From Fistulifera solaris (Eukaryota), in assembly GCA_030295235.1 (NCBI GenBank), contig AP026162.1:1116001-1180000 (forward strand): a DNA stretch of 64,000 bases, given 5' to 3'. Below are positions 35,188-48,406 of this stretch, piece after piece. Each line of letters begins with the position of its first letter. Position 1 is the stretch's first letter. The translations under genes were made by a program, and so were the position numbers. Below the pieces are notes generated by a model. The model had not been told where the DNA came from. It worked only from the letters and a program-made list of their open reading frames with translations, and ran no database searches.

Positions 35188-36622
35188 TTAGACAACTTCA
35201 CTGAAGGAGTGGGCGGGGTAACTGTCGTCGTCGTTCAAAAAGTCGTGGATACTTGCATCGTCTGCACCGTAACTCGACTGCAATGGAAAAACAAGATCGG
35301 TACTGGCTACATTCTGACCCCAGTCACCAAGTATCTGTAGTAGCCCATCTTGTTCGTCAATGGAGGCAGTAACGATACTTTCGAGAAGCGCCTGCTTGAG
35401 TCGCTCGAGTCGGTTTGAAAATTCACTCTTCAACGATTCGCTATCGGATTGATCCATTACATTGCCACTGGCCGAAGAGTCCTTGCTAGAATGGTTAACG
35501 ATGTTCATCAACGGATCATCCCAGTTGCAATCAATATCTTGCCACGAAGCGCTGAGATCCAACGAGAGGTTATCCGAGAAAGAATCATCTACACCTAAAT
35601 TGCTGTTGCTTCCTTTCGACTGGCAACGGCCTACTTGAGTTTGTGTGAAGCTCAACAACTCAATTGGACGCTTGTTGTGATTCGGTTCCGACTTGATCCG
35701 ACGATCCTCGACGTGTCGCTGTGCTGGATGCTGCAAAGCGGTGCTGCCGTTTGGAGTGACGTAGTTCGTACCATGGAACGTGTGCATCTGAGAAGCAGGA
35801 GACGCGTTATGTTCGAAACTTAGCACGGAATCGAAAGCAGATGACGCGACGGCTCGTGGAGATGCAACAAAGAAAGTAGGAGCAACGGGATGCACATAGT
35901 GGTGTCGAACATCATGTTCGACAGCACGCGCAGATGCCGATGACGGAAGACGGAGAACTTTCTGGCGTTTAGTAGCTTGAATATATTCGGAAGTATTGGA
36001 CTTGACGGGCCCGTCATCAGAAGCGGAGACTTTATTAGTAGCCCGTTTTGCTGAGTAATAAACATGGAGAAGACGATATTCGACGTCCTCTTTACCGTCA
36101 GCTGCGTACATCGTCCACAGGGCTCCTCCCTTCTGTTTACTGTAATCGGCACGGCCTTTGGGATAGCAGTATCGTTGCTGAATAGCGGTAGGTTGTGGAA
36201 ACTGAGGCCCAGAAAGGGACCAAGGGCAAATTTCGGGAAGATCATCTTCCATCATCAAGTGACGAAGATGGCGTGGGACTTTCGGTTGATCCTCACCGCC
36301 CTGCTTTTTTTTTCTTTGCAGGTCGAAGCAATACGTAAAGACCATCTGTCAGTAATGAATCACAAGCAATTTGTTAGATACTTGCGTAAGTTTAAATGAA
36401 AAATACGTTCGTTGCCGTACCATCAAACTCAAATGCAGGAGGCGACAGCTTCAAGCCCGTTGGCCCGACGGGTACAATCTGGAATCGCAGGTGATTCGGA
36501 GGAGCTGTACCATGATGAAGCGATTCAAAAATAGATCTCACATCCGCGTCCGACAAGCGACGCATCGGAATTGTATTTTGGTTCATCAAGGAATCGGTTG
36601 TACGATCATATTGTGGGCTCAT
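35188..36622 (-). CDS. Hypothetical protein, candidate transcription factor; intron 36346-36420 (or 36346-36406)
   Basis: ORFs 36392..36640 and 35188..36345 can be joined by a GT-AG intron; compact N-terminal domain, KRQK basic patch, Ser/Asp-rich tail. Confidence 0.65.
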
Positions 36623-37208
36623 TTTAGAAATCAAGATCAATGAACGTCCGCTGGTTCGTCTCGGCGAATTTATGAGAAAGCTTCATCATACCTGCTGTAG
36701 GGGACTGACGTATGGTCCTCGACTGGTCATTGATGGCAATGAACCTGATCTTGATTGACATCAACGTCGAAATTTATCAAAATAGGTGCGGCGGTGAGAA
36801 AAGTCGAAATCCATCAAAAAATGAACAGAGCAAACGTTTTTTTATTGCACGTCATACTTCATAATCGATAGTCCAAATTGTACTTAACACCAAACTTCTG
36901 TTAGGATAACGTTCTACGTCGTAACGCGTTTGAAGTGCTAATCATTTTTTCCTTGTGGTATTCAGACTTAGTATGCCCGCTACAGGATATCGTATACTCG
37001 AGGCTGGTGGCCATTGTCGTTGGAGATTTGAAAACTGCCACTGACAAAAAACAAAAAACACGCGGGCAAGGAGCACACGTGACATAAGCCGCATTTAAAG
37101 TCAAACTATCAATACGCAATACATTGACAAAGTAAAGTTACTTCAAACGTACCAATATTTTTACTAGCTTCTTGAGTGCATGATCTTTGTTTGAAAAGGC
37201 GAAGTAGA

Positions 37209-39695
37209 ATGGCGTCACAAGCGGCGAGTTTTGGTCTTGTGCGCCTCCCCGAGAACCTACGCAAAAAAATGAATTCTCCCGAGCCGCTATTCTCTCCTAG
37301 CGTGACGAGAGGGGCGAATGGTTTGCACTGCATGTTCTCGCCCGAAGACGTTCCTTCTGAAGAACGGGGCGAACTGCAGTCGATTAACGAAGAATACGAC
37401 TTTAACACCGACACAATCCTTTCTCCAGAAAAGCCTGCGAAACATACAAGAATTGACAGTCGTTTGCCCACCATCAACGACATCCGCTCGCCTGAAAATA
37501 ATATCAAGAGGGCTCCGATGGAAAGTCCGTATTCGATTGTTTCCCAAAGTACGATCGAGTCTTTCAAAACGGCGGCCAGCATCGACATGCTCAGTTTACC
37601 CTTCATTGAACGTTGCACCTCGGAAGAAAAGTTGGACCAGATAGTGCGTCATTTGAAGGAAGATGGTAACTATCCGTCTCTATTGTGGAGTGCTGAACAG
37701 CGACTGGCAGTAATCCGCGAGAAGTGGAATCAAGCGAATCAATTCCGTTCGTCGTCAGAGCTGCGCGGGCACGTCGATTCGTTCATGGTGAAGGAGAAAT
37801 CGGGCGCCGATCATGAAGTCTCATTACAAATGTCACTGTCTACAGATTATGACGAGGAAACAGTGTCTCCGGTGAATCAAATTTTTGTGTCGAAGCCACT
37901 AGTTGCAGCTGACATGTCGGAATATAAAACCAAAGACGAAGTGCATCACCTAGAGGAGATGATCAAGAAGCTGGAAATGCGGTACGCTCGAGAATGCAAG
38001 CTCAATGAGTCAACGATTCGGACGTTGAACAATGCTATCGAAGCGACTGAGCAAAAGTCGCAACGCTTACAAAACGAAGTGAACGCCATCAAGAATGAGA
38101 ACGTGGAGCTCTATAGGCTGGTTAAAGAGAAGTCAGAAGAGGTCAACAAAGTCCAAACGAGCCTTTCTGGATCGGAAAGTTTGAAACACGAACTTCTGTC
38201 ACAGATCAATCAGTTGAAAACGCAGCTTGCCGAAGCGGAAAGAAAGGCACTCGATCGCACTTATCCCAGAAAGATTCACTCTCTCGAACGGCTTTTGCAA
38301 TCCGCTCAAGAAAGCATTAGAGAAGTTCAACTTGAACGAGATTCGATGCTCAAGGGCATCTTTCAAATGCAGGGTAAAGACATTCCCTCGAAGGTAAGCC
38401 GTATCGCGTTTCCTTGCTCTCTTTGCAGCGTCGCTGACTCACTTCGCCGGTAGTTATCAAAGACCGATAGACAGCAAATCATTTCTGATTTTCGCGCGGA
38501 CTCGAAATCTTTCAAGGTAGCTCTTGAGAAGACAATGGTTTCCTTAGCTCATGCGGAACAGAATGCGAGCAGTGAGAGACATAGGGCTAAAATGGTAAGT
38601 TTTTTGTTGGCGAAGCGAGTGAATCCATTTGTTTTACTAACATAATTTGTGTCTTCTGGAAAGATCAAACACAAGTACGAGCGACAGCTGAAAGAAGCGA
38701 CCGCCAGAATATCTGAACTAGAACAAGAGGTCATCGCATTTGTTCTAAAAATGGAGAAACTGGAAGTGAGTTTAAAGGAAAGCCAACAACGAAGATTGAA
38801 AGAAAAGAGCGAATGGGAGGCACGTGAAAATCGCTACAAAGAAAAAGTTCGTGAACTTAATCAACAACCAAATGGCGTTCCCATGAGTCTTTTTAAGCTC
38901 ATCAAGGATGAGTCCGAAGCCCGTAAGATAGAGATTCAAAAACTCAGAAAGAAATCAACAGAATTGGAAAACACCCTCTTGCAATGGGACGCCGAAGCAA
39001 AGGCCAGCATGGTGCAAGAACGATCTCAGATGAATCTAAAGCCGGTATCTCAGGGCAAGATGGGAAGTCTTCAATCTTATCCTCGACAGAAGAGACAGAC
39101 AAGTGCGAACGACAACATGCTCCAAAGCTCCAATCAGCCTAGCGTTCCAGCTATTGCTTTCAGAAAGAAGTTGGCGATCCAAACGAATTCTCCACAAGAG
39201 GTGAATCAGCCACAACCCTTTACGGATGCGGTGGCGACGAAACTTCCTGAGAAATTTGAAAGGGGACGTGTTAATGTTGTATTTTCTGGCACTCAACTTA
39301 CGCCACATGGAAGCAAAAAGATTAAAGTCGCAACGATCCCAGCTCGAGGAAAACCAGCAACAGATGCTCGCACTCAAGCTGGGAGTACTTTACAGGTTGC
39401 CGTTAAAAGTGACGGGAAAGCGCCACAAGATCGTCCGGTCTCTATGGGGAGCCAGGCCGCACTGAAGATAGATACAACAAATCACCCAAGTTCTGTTCGA
39501 TCGGATAAAGAGAACCAAGGAAACAAAGTGAGCTTCTCGTTTCCTACCCCTAGCGAGAAAGGGCAGACAGGACACCAATTACGGTTGAAGATGGTTAGGG
39601 AAGCAGGTGGTCGAAAGGGTCTTCTGGAGAAGCTAGAGAAGATGCGATCTCCGCGATCTTCGATGCATTCAATGGATGAGAAAACGTCACAATGA
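37209..39695 (+). CDS. Large coiled-coil protein; introns ~38394-38453 and ~38594-38663
   Basis: Long ORFs with heptad-rich E/K/L stretches; GTAAG donors at the ORF ends. Confidence 0.7.
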
Positions 39696-40191
39696 TTGCT
39701 TACCTGGTTTGGACAAACTATCAGTTATAACTTAAAGCAATTCCCTTATTCACCAAGTAATGGAATGTCAAGCGAGGTAAACGTATTGAGAACGTTATTT
39801 TAGTATTCTTGGGTCTCTCCTCTTAGAGTCTTAGGTCTTACCAGGTACCGTAGCTCGAAACCATAGACTAGCTAGCCTAGTTCTTTTCCAAGGATTAATG
39901 ATTAATTAACGACTCTCTAGTAGAGTTACGGTTAGCTATATCTTTAATTAGTAAACAGTTTATCATCGTACCGGCACCGATCCTACTTGAAGTTCGTACT
40001 CTCCGTAGTTTGGCGTCCGCACTGTTTGGACGGCAAAAACAAAAGTGACACATGTCGATTTTCTGCAAAGATTTTCTTTTGTTCTTTTTTCGTGGTTGCT
40101 ACAGAATAAGCGGGTTCGGAAAAAGCCGTTTTTTTGCATTGCAACCGAACAGTGATCGAACGTAAACCTGTAGTCGTTCCTTGATTTCATC

Positions 40192-41539
40192 ATGCGAAAC
40201 GCTGAATCTTTCGAGACGATGGAGTCTCAGATTCTGGACTCCGCCACGTTGGTATCGCGCAATGGTGAAGGGGACGATGGCGACGAGTCTCTAGAAAGAG
40301 ACGTAGTCGATATAGATTTTGAGGACGACGGCATTCTTATTATGCCACCTGACTTTGAAGAGAAAAGTGATCATGACAGCAGTCTTTCGCTTCCAGAATC
40401 TGTACCCAGCACCGTTGGTAGTGTTACGGAGGCGAACAACAGAGAAGCACAAGGTGATATTAAAGGACGAGGAGAAGGAATAGAGCGCGAAGATGAAACA
40501 AAGGAAGGTACTGGAATCGAAGACGAGAATTCCGAAGATCGCAATCGCGATAGCAGCAGCGAGCTTGTCTATGCGCGGTCTGGTGTAACTTGGGTAGGAT
40601 ACATGTGCTTCGGTGCTATGCTTTGCATCCATTTCTTGACATTCTATACGAAAGGTGGCGAAATGACCCAATCCGCTAACAGATGCTCGCAGATTAGCTA
40701 CAATGAAGCCCTTTCCAAAGTCAGTGTGCTGGAGAAACAAGTGCGCGATCTAGAAGCCGTACAGGAGGAAAACGAAGAACTTCGAAAAAGGAATGCGCAC
40801 TTGGAAGGTCTTGTCCAGTCGATGCAAAAGGTGCAACGATCCAACGACAGTCTTCGCATGAGAAACAAACTTTTAAAAGAGAAACTGGAGTCGAACGACA
40901 ACCTTCGTTGTGAGCAGGAAAAGAATTTAACAGCAGCGATGAAAGAAGTGACCCGCCTGGCGGACACCGTGAACACGAAAGCCCGGGATTTTCGGGCGAT
41001 GAAGGAGTCAAAGTGTATGAATTCGCTCGCATCGCTCTCCGAAGAACGCGATCGACTTTTAAGAAAAAACCAGGCGCTTGCAGGGACAGGTAAAGAAAAT
41101 GAGAAAGAAGCTTGACCGAAAAGATGAAAGCAAGAAAGAATCGGAACCAAAATCAAAGGAACCGTTCCCTTGGGAGAATACCGACGAGACCAAGCAACCA
41201 ATTATCGAGAATTGCTGGTTACGAGTAGGTCTTGGTGAGTGCTCCAAAGGCGCCAAATCCTCATTGCATGAAGGAACACAGAAAGTTACCGAGTCTTTGT
41301 GGAACGCTAAGAAGACATTTTCGACCACGTTGCGTGACCTCAAAGAAGGTCTCAAGGATAGTGCTTCGTCTTTGTTCCCTCCGAAATTTGATAACGGCAC
41401 AAACCATGATAAGGAATCCAAAAAGTACTACGAAAAGGTCGAAGAAGATTATGCGGATTACTATGACAAGTTCCAGGATGATATAATGGAGTTCGTCACG
41501 AATAGCGTAGAATCGCTGAAAAGAACGAGCGCATTGTAA
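40192..41539 (+). CDS. Hypothetical protein: acidic N-terminus, single TM helix, coiled coil; frameshift ~41090
   Basis: 307-aa and 153-aa overlapping ORFs; TM segment VTWVGYMCFGAMLCIHFLTFY. Confidence 0.65.
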
Positions 41540-42021
41540 GTATCGGAAACACGGCCAAGTCGGTCTTTACTGGCTTAGTGTTTGCGACAGCGGCTTCCCT
41601 TGATTGTTTCAAGTACTTTTGTTGGTGGTCTTTTTGGCGAAGATGGTGAAGAGAGCGATACTTGAATACCGTAGAGTAAGCTGGAAATATATATTTATTA
41701 AATCTTATCTCTTGCATTGTTGAAGTAGATCTCTTACGAGATGTCTGAGATCTGCCTGTCCTCATAGCTTGTATGGAAAATCGCATCATGATCCTTAGCT
41801 GAAGGGCCAACGGACAAAACAACACTTTCACGATCGTACCGGCACTCATTTGTACTGTTTTGTCTGATCGGCAGTTGGATGCGTGTTGGATTTCGGCTTG
41901 CTGCGTTTGTTCGAGCATTGCGCGTCTTATTTTGCTTGTCGGTGCTAAGCGACCTACTCGACCAGACTTTGTTTTTAATGCAACATACTTTCGCTGAACT
42001 GTCACTTTAAATTAAAGAAGA

Positions 42022-44369
42022 ATGAGTGGAGGAACACTCGACAGAACCGAGCAAATTTCGTTCCGCATGGACGAGGAGGAACCGGGGAGGTATCTGCCAA
42101 TGGTGAAAAAGGGCGAAATACAGCGCGAGTTTGAACCCGAAGACATGCCCCGTGTCCTGGATTTTTGATGGTGCTGTGGAAGCTCCGATTGATGGAACAC
42201 TCATGTTTTGCGTAGAGGCTGGACAAGAAGAGACGAAGTTTTACACGTATCACTTTTGTTTGCGTGGTGGCTTTCTGTTTTACTTTGATATCGAAGATGT
42301 TGACGACAACGCCGGTCCATACGTAACCTACCACGGTCCTCCGAAAGGCGTCGTCCCGTTGGATAACGTGGAAGTAGATTACCCACCCGGAGGACGCCGA
42401 TTGTTTCGGGAGCATGCTCAGTCAGAAGCGAGCCGCGGTTACGAAATCGTCATGCGGCACGAACCGGCGGAGGAGGGAGAAGAATTTAGAGCGCCTTCGT
42501 TCCTTGTCGCGGATAGTCTTACTCGGAGAGAGAAGTGGGCTGACGCGATTCGGTCACGGAGCGAAATGAAATTACCGACCTTGTTACGAGCAGGGTACAG
42601 CAGCGCGAGGATGGCAGCTACCGCTGTGGGTGCGAACGACACACCTGCACCTTCCGCAACGCAAAGCACCAAAGCTAGCGTCCGCAACGAAGAAAACATC
42701 GATTCAAACAAATTGAGCTCTTCGAAAGGAGCTGCAGGAAAACTATCGAATATGCATCAGCAAGTGCTTAGAGTGTCAGACGATACCAATCTAGCAGGTG
42801 CTGTGATGGAATTTGGAACGGCCGATTTCGATGAAACCGCTTGGTTGAATCATTTCTTTCAATCGCACAATGATGCCGATGCTGTTGCAAAATGTGAAGC
42901 GATGGAAAAGTGGCAAATGGATATGAAACGAGACTTGAAAGGTGCAGTGCTGGAACAATATGAATACTTCGTTCAGGCATCAGGAGAAATGACAACTATG
43001 GGTCAAGAGGTTACAGCACTAAAAGACCAGATTGAAAAGCAGAAAGTTATTTTGAATGAAATGAAAGCCATAGATTTTACCGGTTCTACGAATGACGATG
43101 ACAGGGACGAAATAATGGGCAGAGAACAAGACGAAGATGAATTGCCAGAGGACGATCTTGATGCTGGAAGGTTCGGAAGGAAGGGAGTAGATGAGAAAAC
43201 GTTCTTTAGTGAGTTATCGTCGCTTGATGAGGGCCTTGCGAGTGGACAGCGACGTTCAAGAGACGCAGAGGAAGAAGAGGATATAGAGGACGCACCCCCT
43301 ATAGACGTCCCTGATTGGCTCGACGATACGGTCGAAGATATCGAATCGTTTGTCCGTGAATGTCGCTATTCTGACGCAATTGAGCTTTACTTGAAAGCGA
43401 AAAGCGAGATAGCCGATTTGATGGACAAGCACGAGAGACCAACTGCATATCGTCTTACCTTGAAGCAGAGGGATACACTTCGATCGATCAAGAAACAACT
43501 TGAGGCACTCGGGCAAAAAAATCAGTGATCGGCTGGACGATTCGCTAAGACGTCGTAATGAAGCGATCCGGCAGGTTTCCAAGCGTGAAAGAGGCGACAT
43601 GGCCGCGTTGTTGATGCCCACCATTTCACCCTGCGCAATCAACGACGACGCTCTCTATCTCCAGCTTCTTGTAAAAATGGGCAGAAACAAAGAAGCAGCT
43701 GACGCTTTTATCGCGCGACGTTCTCTTGTCCTTCTCGACACGCTCAATGAAAGTCCAATATCGGGAGCTGGGTCTGTCGATTTGGTTATTTACGCCGCCC
43801 AGCTTAGTCAATCTTTCTTTTCGTCTCTTGCCACTTCGGTTGAAAGCTTTCTCGATCTTTTTCTGAGCTCACACTCCAATATGAACGGAGAAGCGAACGA
43901 GGATATCAGTATGGACGCATCATCTCTACAGTCGTTGTCCTCTAAGAACCTTCCGGCGGGGGCCACGGCATCAGTTGTTCTTTGGTGCGATGCTGAACTC
44001 ACAAAATTTGCTAATGCTTTTGGAGGAGCTCGGATTCTCTCAAATTTAGCTTTAAGTCCGCCACCCCGGGACGAGCCAAAGAAACCACGGGTTGTTGGCG
44101 GAGGACCAGCTGAAGACGGGATGAAAGACAGAAAGACTGCGCTCGATGTTGCCGCTCAATGTATCGACCAAGCATTTAGTTACGCAGCAGCCAATTTAGA
44201 CGGAGTTGGACTTCCTTTAACCCCAAGATTAGCGGAATGTATTCGGGCTAGACTGAAAGGGTGCGAAGCTGAGATATCACTGTTGCTGGATGACAAATGG
44301 GACCATCTGACAAAGACCTGGCGAAGCGGTGGCGAGGAGTTGAACGGTAGTGATCACATGGGTATATAA
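42022..44369 (+). CDS. EXO84: Exocyst component Exo84-like (PH domain + Vps51/Exo84 helical region); frameshifts ~42163 and ~43520
   Basis: PH-like LRGGFLFYF...PKGVVPL...REKWADAI; DFDETAWL...LKGAVLEQYEYFVQASGEM; DWLDDTVEDIESFVRECRYSDAIEL. Confidence 0.78.
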
Positions 44370-44445
44370 TAGCAAAGAGACTGCGTTGCATGCGATCATA
44401 GTAGAGTTACGTCAACGTGTAAACTAGTTTACATATTTCGACATG

Positions 44446-44724
44446 TCAAATCAGTCCATCGTCGATGTCTTCATTAGGAACAAGTTGCATATCACCAAGA
44501 ACTTGACTCGCTTGCTGATACCGTATATCTAAAAGTCTTTGTTGACGACGAAGACGCCATCTTGCGTAAAGACGCCATAAGATAAAAACAGCCACAATGC
44601 AAAATAAGAACAACAACCCAAAATTTCTTTGCGCGTCGTCGTCTAATGGCTTATTGGGTGCGGATGTCGGAGCAATGGTCGGTGGAGATGTATCTTCATC
44701 TCCTTCTAGCTTTCTTGGGATCAT
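44446..44724 (-). CDS. Small single-pass membrane protein (5' end may extend further)
   Basis: PTIAPTSAP stalk, TM segment FGLLFLFCIVAVFILW, then basic RRQQRR. Confidence 0.55.
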   Translation of the reverse strand: MIPRKLEGDEDTSPPTIAPTSAPNKPLDDDAQRNFGLLFLFCIVAVFILWRLYARWRLRRQQRLLDIRYQQASQVLGDMQLVPNEDIDDGLI

Positions 44725-44898
44725 AATAAGTTGACGACCAAGATAAGGCGCTGCTCTAATCTATTGAAATGATAATATCGTATCCTTTCGACGATGTTCA
44801 TTCGACTAATCTATTACTCCGTACACAGTACTCCGTATTCGCAATGCGCGACAGCCACAACTATACCAGGTAACAACACATAACTACTTACTCCGGAG

Positions 44899-45228
44899 TT
44901 TTTTTTTTTTTTTTTTTACTTCGTAAAAAGTATCCGGGTGACCCCTCTGTCGATAAATTTCCCTACGAGAGCTACGAGAAATCTACGTAGACATTCGAAG
45001 CGTTGCATCTTTCATCATTCTTTTATCATTTTGATTTCAAATAGATGAGGCTTGCTGTTTGACGGTATTAAGCAAACACGTCTCCGAAAGTTACGATGGA
45101 AGCGCGGGACAAATATATCCGAAAGTAGGTGAGATCGAAATCATTATATCCGGGTACCCCCTCTGTAGATAAATTTCCCTACCAGAGCCACGTGAAATCT
45201 ACGTAGACGTTCGAAGCGATGCATTTTC
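44899..45228. repeat. T19 tract followed by an ~80-bp direct repeat (copies at 44931 and 45147)
   Basis: TATCCGGGT..CCCCTCTGT.GATAAATTTCCCTAC.AGAGC.ACG.GAAATCTACGTAGAC.TTCGAAGCG.TGCAT occurs twice, 216 bp apart. Confidence 0.88.
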
Positions 45229-45900
45229 CAAATTCTTACGCTCTGAAATTAATTTTGAAACAGATTATTGTTTATTGGCACGAATTGTCCATGTCGGAGG
45301 AAGCGAAGATGACATTGGTCCAAAAATACCACCAACTGGTTGCTCGTACCAGGTACGTCTTTATTTTCCTATGTGTGCTTCGTGAAACCTTAGTCTAAGC
45401 TATCTGTCCCATAGTATGCAAAACAAATGGAAGAGTTTTCAGCAATTTAGAAGAGAACATTTCCTAGAACCTATGTTTACATTTTAAATCAGCATAATCT
45501 CTCTTGTCTCCTTTTGCAAGGCCTTGTGCAAAGAAAAGCTCAATAATGCAACATTTCATAGAAAATGGTTGTTTCAAAAGTAATATTTTCAAAATGACTT
45601 TTATAATTTAATTATTCAATCTTTTAGTAAGAAAAGACACAATAAAAACGATTTATGTTTGTATAATTGGAAAAATGGCTTTCATTGACACCCGTTCGAC
45701 ACTGCTACTATCAGTGTTGAATGTACAAAGTACCGGTAGGGGGCAAGATTGCAAAAAGCGATGCGATCGATGAAGCGACGCATGCTTTTCATTATTTTTC
45801 AACCCAACAAATAAGGGCCGTCTTAACGTTTTCTTCATCGCTCTCCATCACAATTACCTTTCGTTGACTATCATTATTTCTAAAAGAAGTAGCAGCAAAA

Positions 45901-46500
45901 ATGGACGACTTTGATATGGGATTACTCGATGACACGGAGTACATGAAGACCGTGTTGCGCCAGAAGATGCTTGGTATAGCACCTGTCTTTCTTTATCGCG
46001 TGCCCAAGGAGAAAGCCCCTGGGGTTGAATATTTGTGAGTCTGAAAGTTGCATGTTTTGTTTGTGTCACAAATTTGCTCACGTCTCTCGACTGTCCCATT
46101 ACTTTCGTTCGACAGAGCCGACGAATGGAATCTTAAAAAGCCATTGCAACAATGTTCTTTACGCATCGAGCGTCGCGGAGATGTTCTCTTGATCGTATTT
46201 ACATTTAGAAAAGAAGATATGAAGGGAAGCGCTTTGTTCGCTTTGTGTAAGATTGACTTGGTTAATACGACTTTGCCCATCGTCCATTGGGTTCAACCCG
46301 TTGGTGATTCTTCGAGATATTTCGCCGTACGAGTGGAAGACGAGAAAGGTGGTCGAGAAGCAGTCATCGGTTTGGGATTCAGGGAGCGAGAGGAAGCGGA
46401 AGACTTCTGTCAATGTTTGGCGAACTACTCAAATGCTATTGCGCGTGAGCGTTTGGAGCATGCAATGGAAATGGTCGAAGACGTCGACGAAGATGTCTAA
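45901..46500 (+). CDS. NECAP: NECAP (adaptin ear-binding coat-associated, PHear domain) protein; intron ~46035-46116
   Basis: VFLYRVP, ADEWNL, VQPVGDSSRYFAVRVED..GREAVIGLGFRER.EA.DF. Confidence 0.85.
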
Positions 46501-47065
46501 ACCTATTCCTCTTCATTTCCACTTCTTGGTAGTTCACTTGTCCTCTTTACAAATAAGCAGTACGCAAGCAAAAGACCTGTTACAGCCACCACATGGGCTC
46601 CCTTGTTCTAACAAAATCTGAAGTAGTTTCGCATTATTGACTCGGTGCTTTGTGCGATTGTTTCTGTTAGAATGCCATGTCTTGTGCTCTTACTCGTGAC
46701 CTGAACATCTCTACCTAAAGCTTAGAGATAGTAGGATATCAAGGATAAAGGACTCGACCTTTAGCAGGAATGGAAATGTGCCTCCTTAGCTGACGCCTTC
46801 GGCCGTCGGTCACGTTTAGGGTCATTCACATTCGAGTTTTAAGGCTAATAATTTTTACTGTCAAACGTAGTGTGACAGGTCATAGTCACTGTCATCGGAC
46901 GACAACCGGAATTTTTCCACCTCAAAAAACGCTGATGGCAGGGATCTTTTGAACTTTGAGCAACAACATACAGTACTTTGGTTGTCGTGATTCGTCTATT
47001 GATCCTTTCTTTTGTCACTTTACTGCGGTGTGTTCGAGTTGTTTTGTCGACAAAGCGCGCCAATA

Positions 47066-47998
47066 ATGTCGGATAGCGATGACTCCTCCGACTCCTCGTC
47101 GGACTCCGATGGACCCTCGGCGCTCTCCGCGTTCATGAGTCGCCAGACGAAAAAGCGTGGAGACATAACAGCTTACAAAGGCTTTGAGGAAGGCGATGAC
47201 GGTTCTATCGCTCAAAAAATGAGAGCGGTTCTCGCTTTGAGAGAGTCCTTGGGCATTGACAACGACATTACCTTCCTGAAAGAGCAGGAAGAAAGGGAAA
47301 AGGAGAAAAAACGATTAGAAAGCATGACATTAGAAGAAAGAATGAAAATGGAAGAAGAGCAGGCCGGCGATATCATGGCGAAGATTCGTGCTCGTCAGGC
47401 CGAGAAGCAAAGGAGCTTGATGCTCAAAAGGCGACACAAGCAGAGGCTCGTGCGGCACTTGAAGCACAGTCTTCACCATCAGCCGAGCCTGATATGGCCA
47501 TAGATGACGCGGAAGCTGAGGGTGTCAAAAAGAAGAAAAAGAAGAAGAAAAACTGATGGAGCTGAAGAGGAAGCGGAGAAAGGACCAGAAATTGAGGGCG
47601 ACACCAAAAGAAAAAGAAGAAGAAAGACGTGACCGACGATGGATCGGATAATGAAGCTGACAAGGACGAAAAGAAGAAGAAGACAAAAACGAAGAAGAAG
47701 TCAGAGTCCAACGACGATGAACCAGAGGGTACCGAGGAGAAGAAAAAGAAGAAGAAAAAAGAAGCCGACGAATGGTACTGATGGAGAACCAACGGAGGAA
47801 GAAGAAACAGGCGAGACGAAGAAAAAGAAAAAAAGTAAAAAAAGAAGACTGACGATGAAGCTGGAGAAGACGATGATGGCGGCGAAAAGAAGAAAAAAGA
47901 AGAAGAAACCTAAGGATGGTGAGGTTGAAGCCGAAGCTGCAGACGGCGAAGGGGAGAAAAAGAAGAAAAAGAAAAAGAAGAAAGATGAGGAGGAATAA
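47066..47998 (+). CDS. Low-complexity Lys/Glu/Asp-rich protein, with several frameshifts in A-runs
   Basis: MSDSDDSS... followed by repeated poly-Lys/acidic blocks across shifting frames, ending KKKKDEEE*. Confidence 0.6.
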
Positions 47999-48406
47999 TC
48001 TATCTACATGCTAATAAGTGCAGCCATTGCTCTATAGAATGCTACAATCTTCTTGCATTATACCGGATCTTTTAGTTAGTTAAATCTGATGACATTATTT
48101 TGCTTATTCGACACACGACGGAGTTAATATTTTTTTTACCCAGTCGCTTATTAATTTCGTGACTAAATCGATACGGGACACACAACTACTATGAATGCGA
48201 AAACCGCTGCGGCTTTTGTATTTTATTCAACGGTTATTATTTTTGACACGGCCTTTTTTCTTTCGCGCTCACTTTTTCGCGAAATGAACAAACCGCTCAA
48301 CGGCAGGTGTGCTTATTGTGTGAGAAAAGCGCATTAATCGTAACTTTATCTTGTTAATCTCGACCAAGAGCGAATCGGGAAAGCAACTTGTTATCGTCTG
48401 CTACAA

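Noticed and set aside
47424..47792. Poly-Phe/Ser minus-strand ORF
   Set aside because: It is simply the reverse complement of the AAG/GAA-rich lysine tracts.
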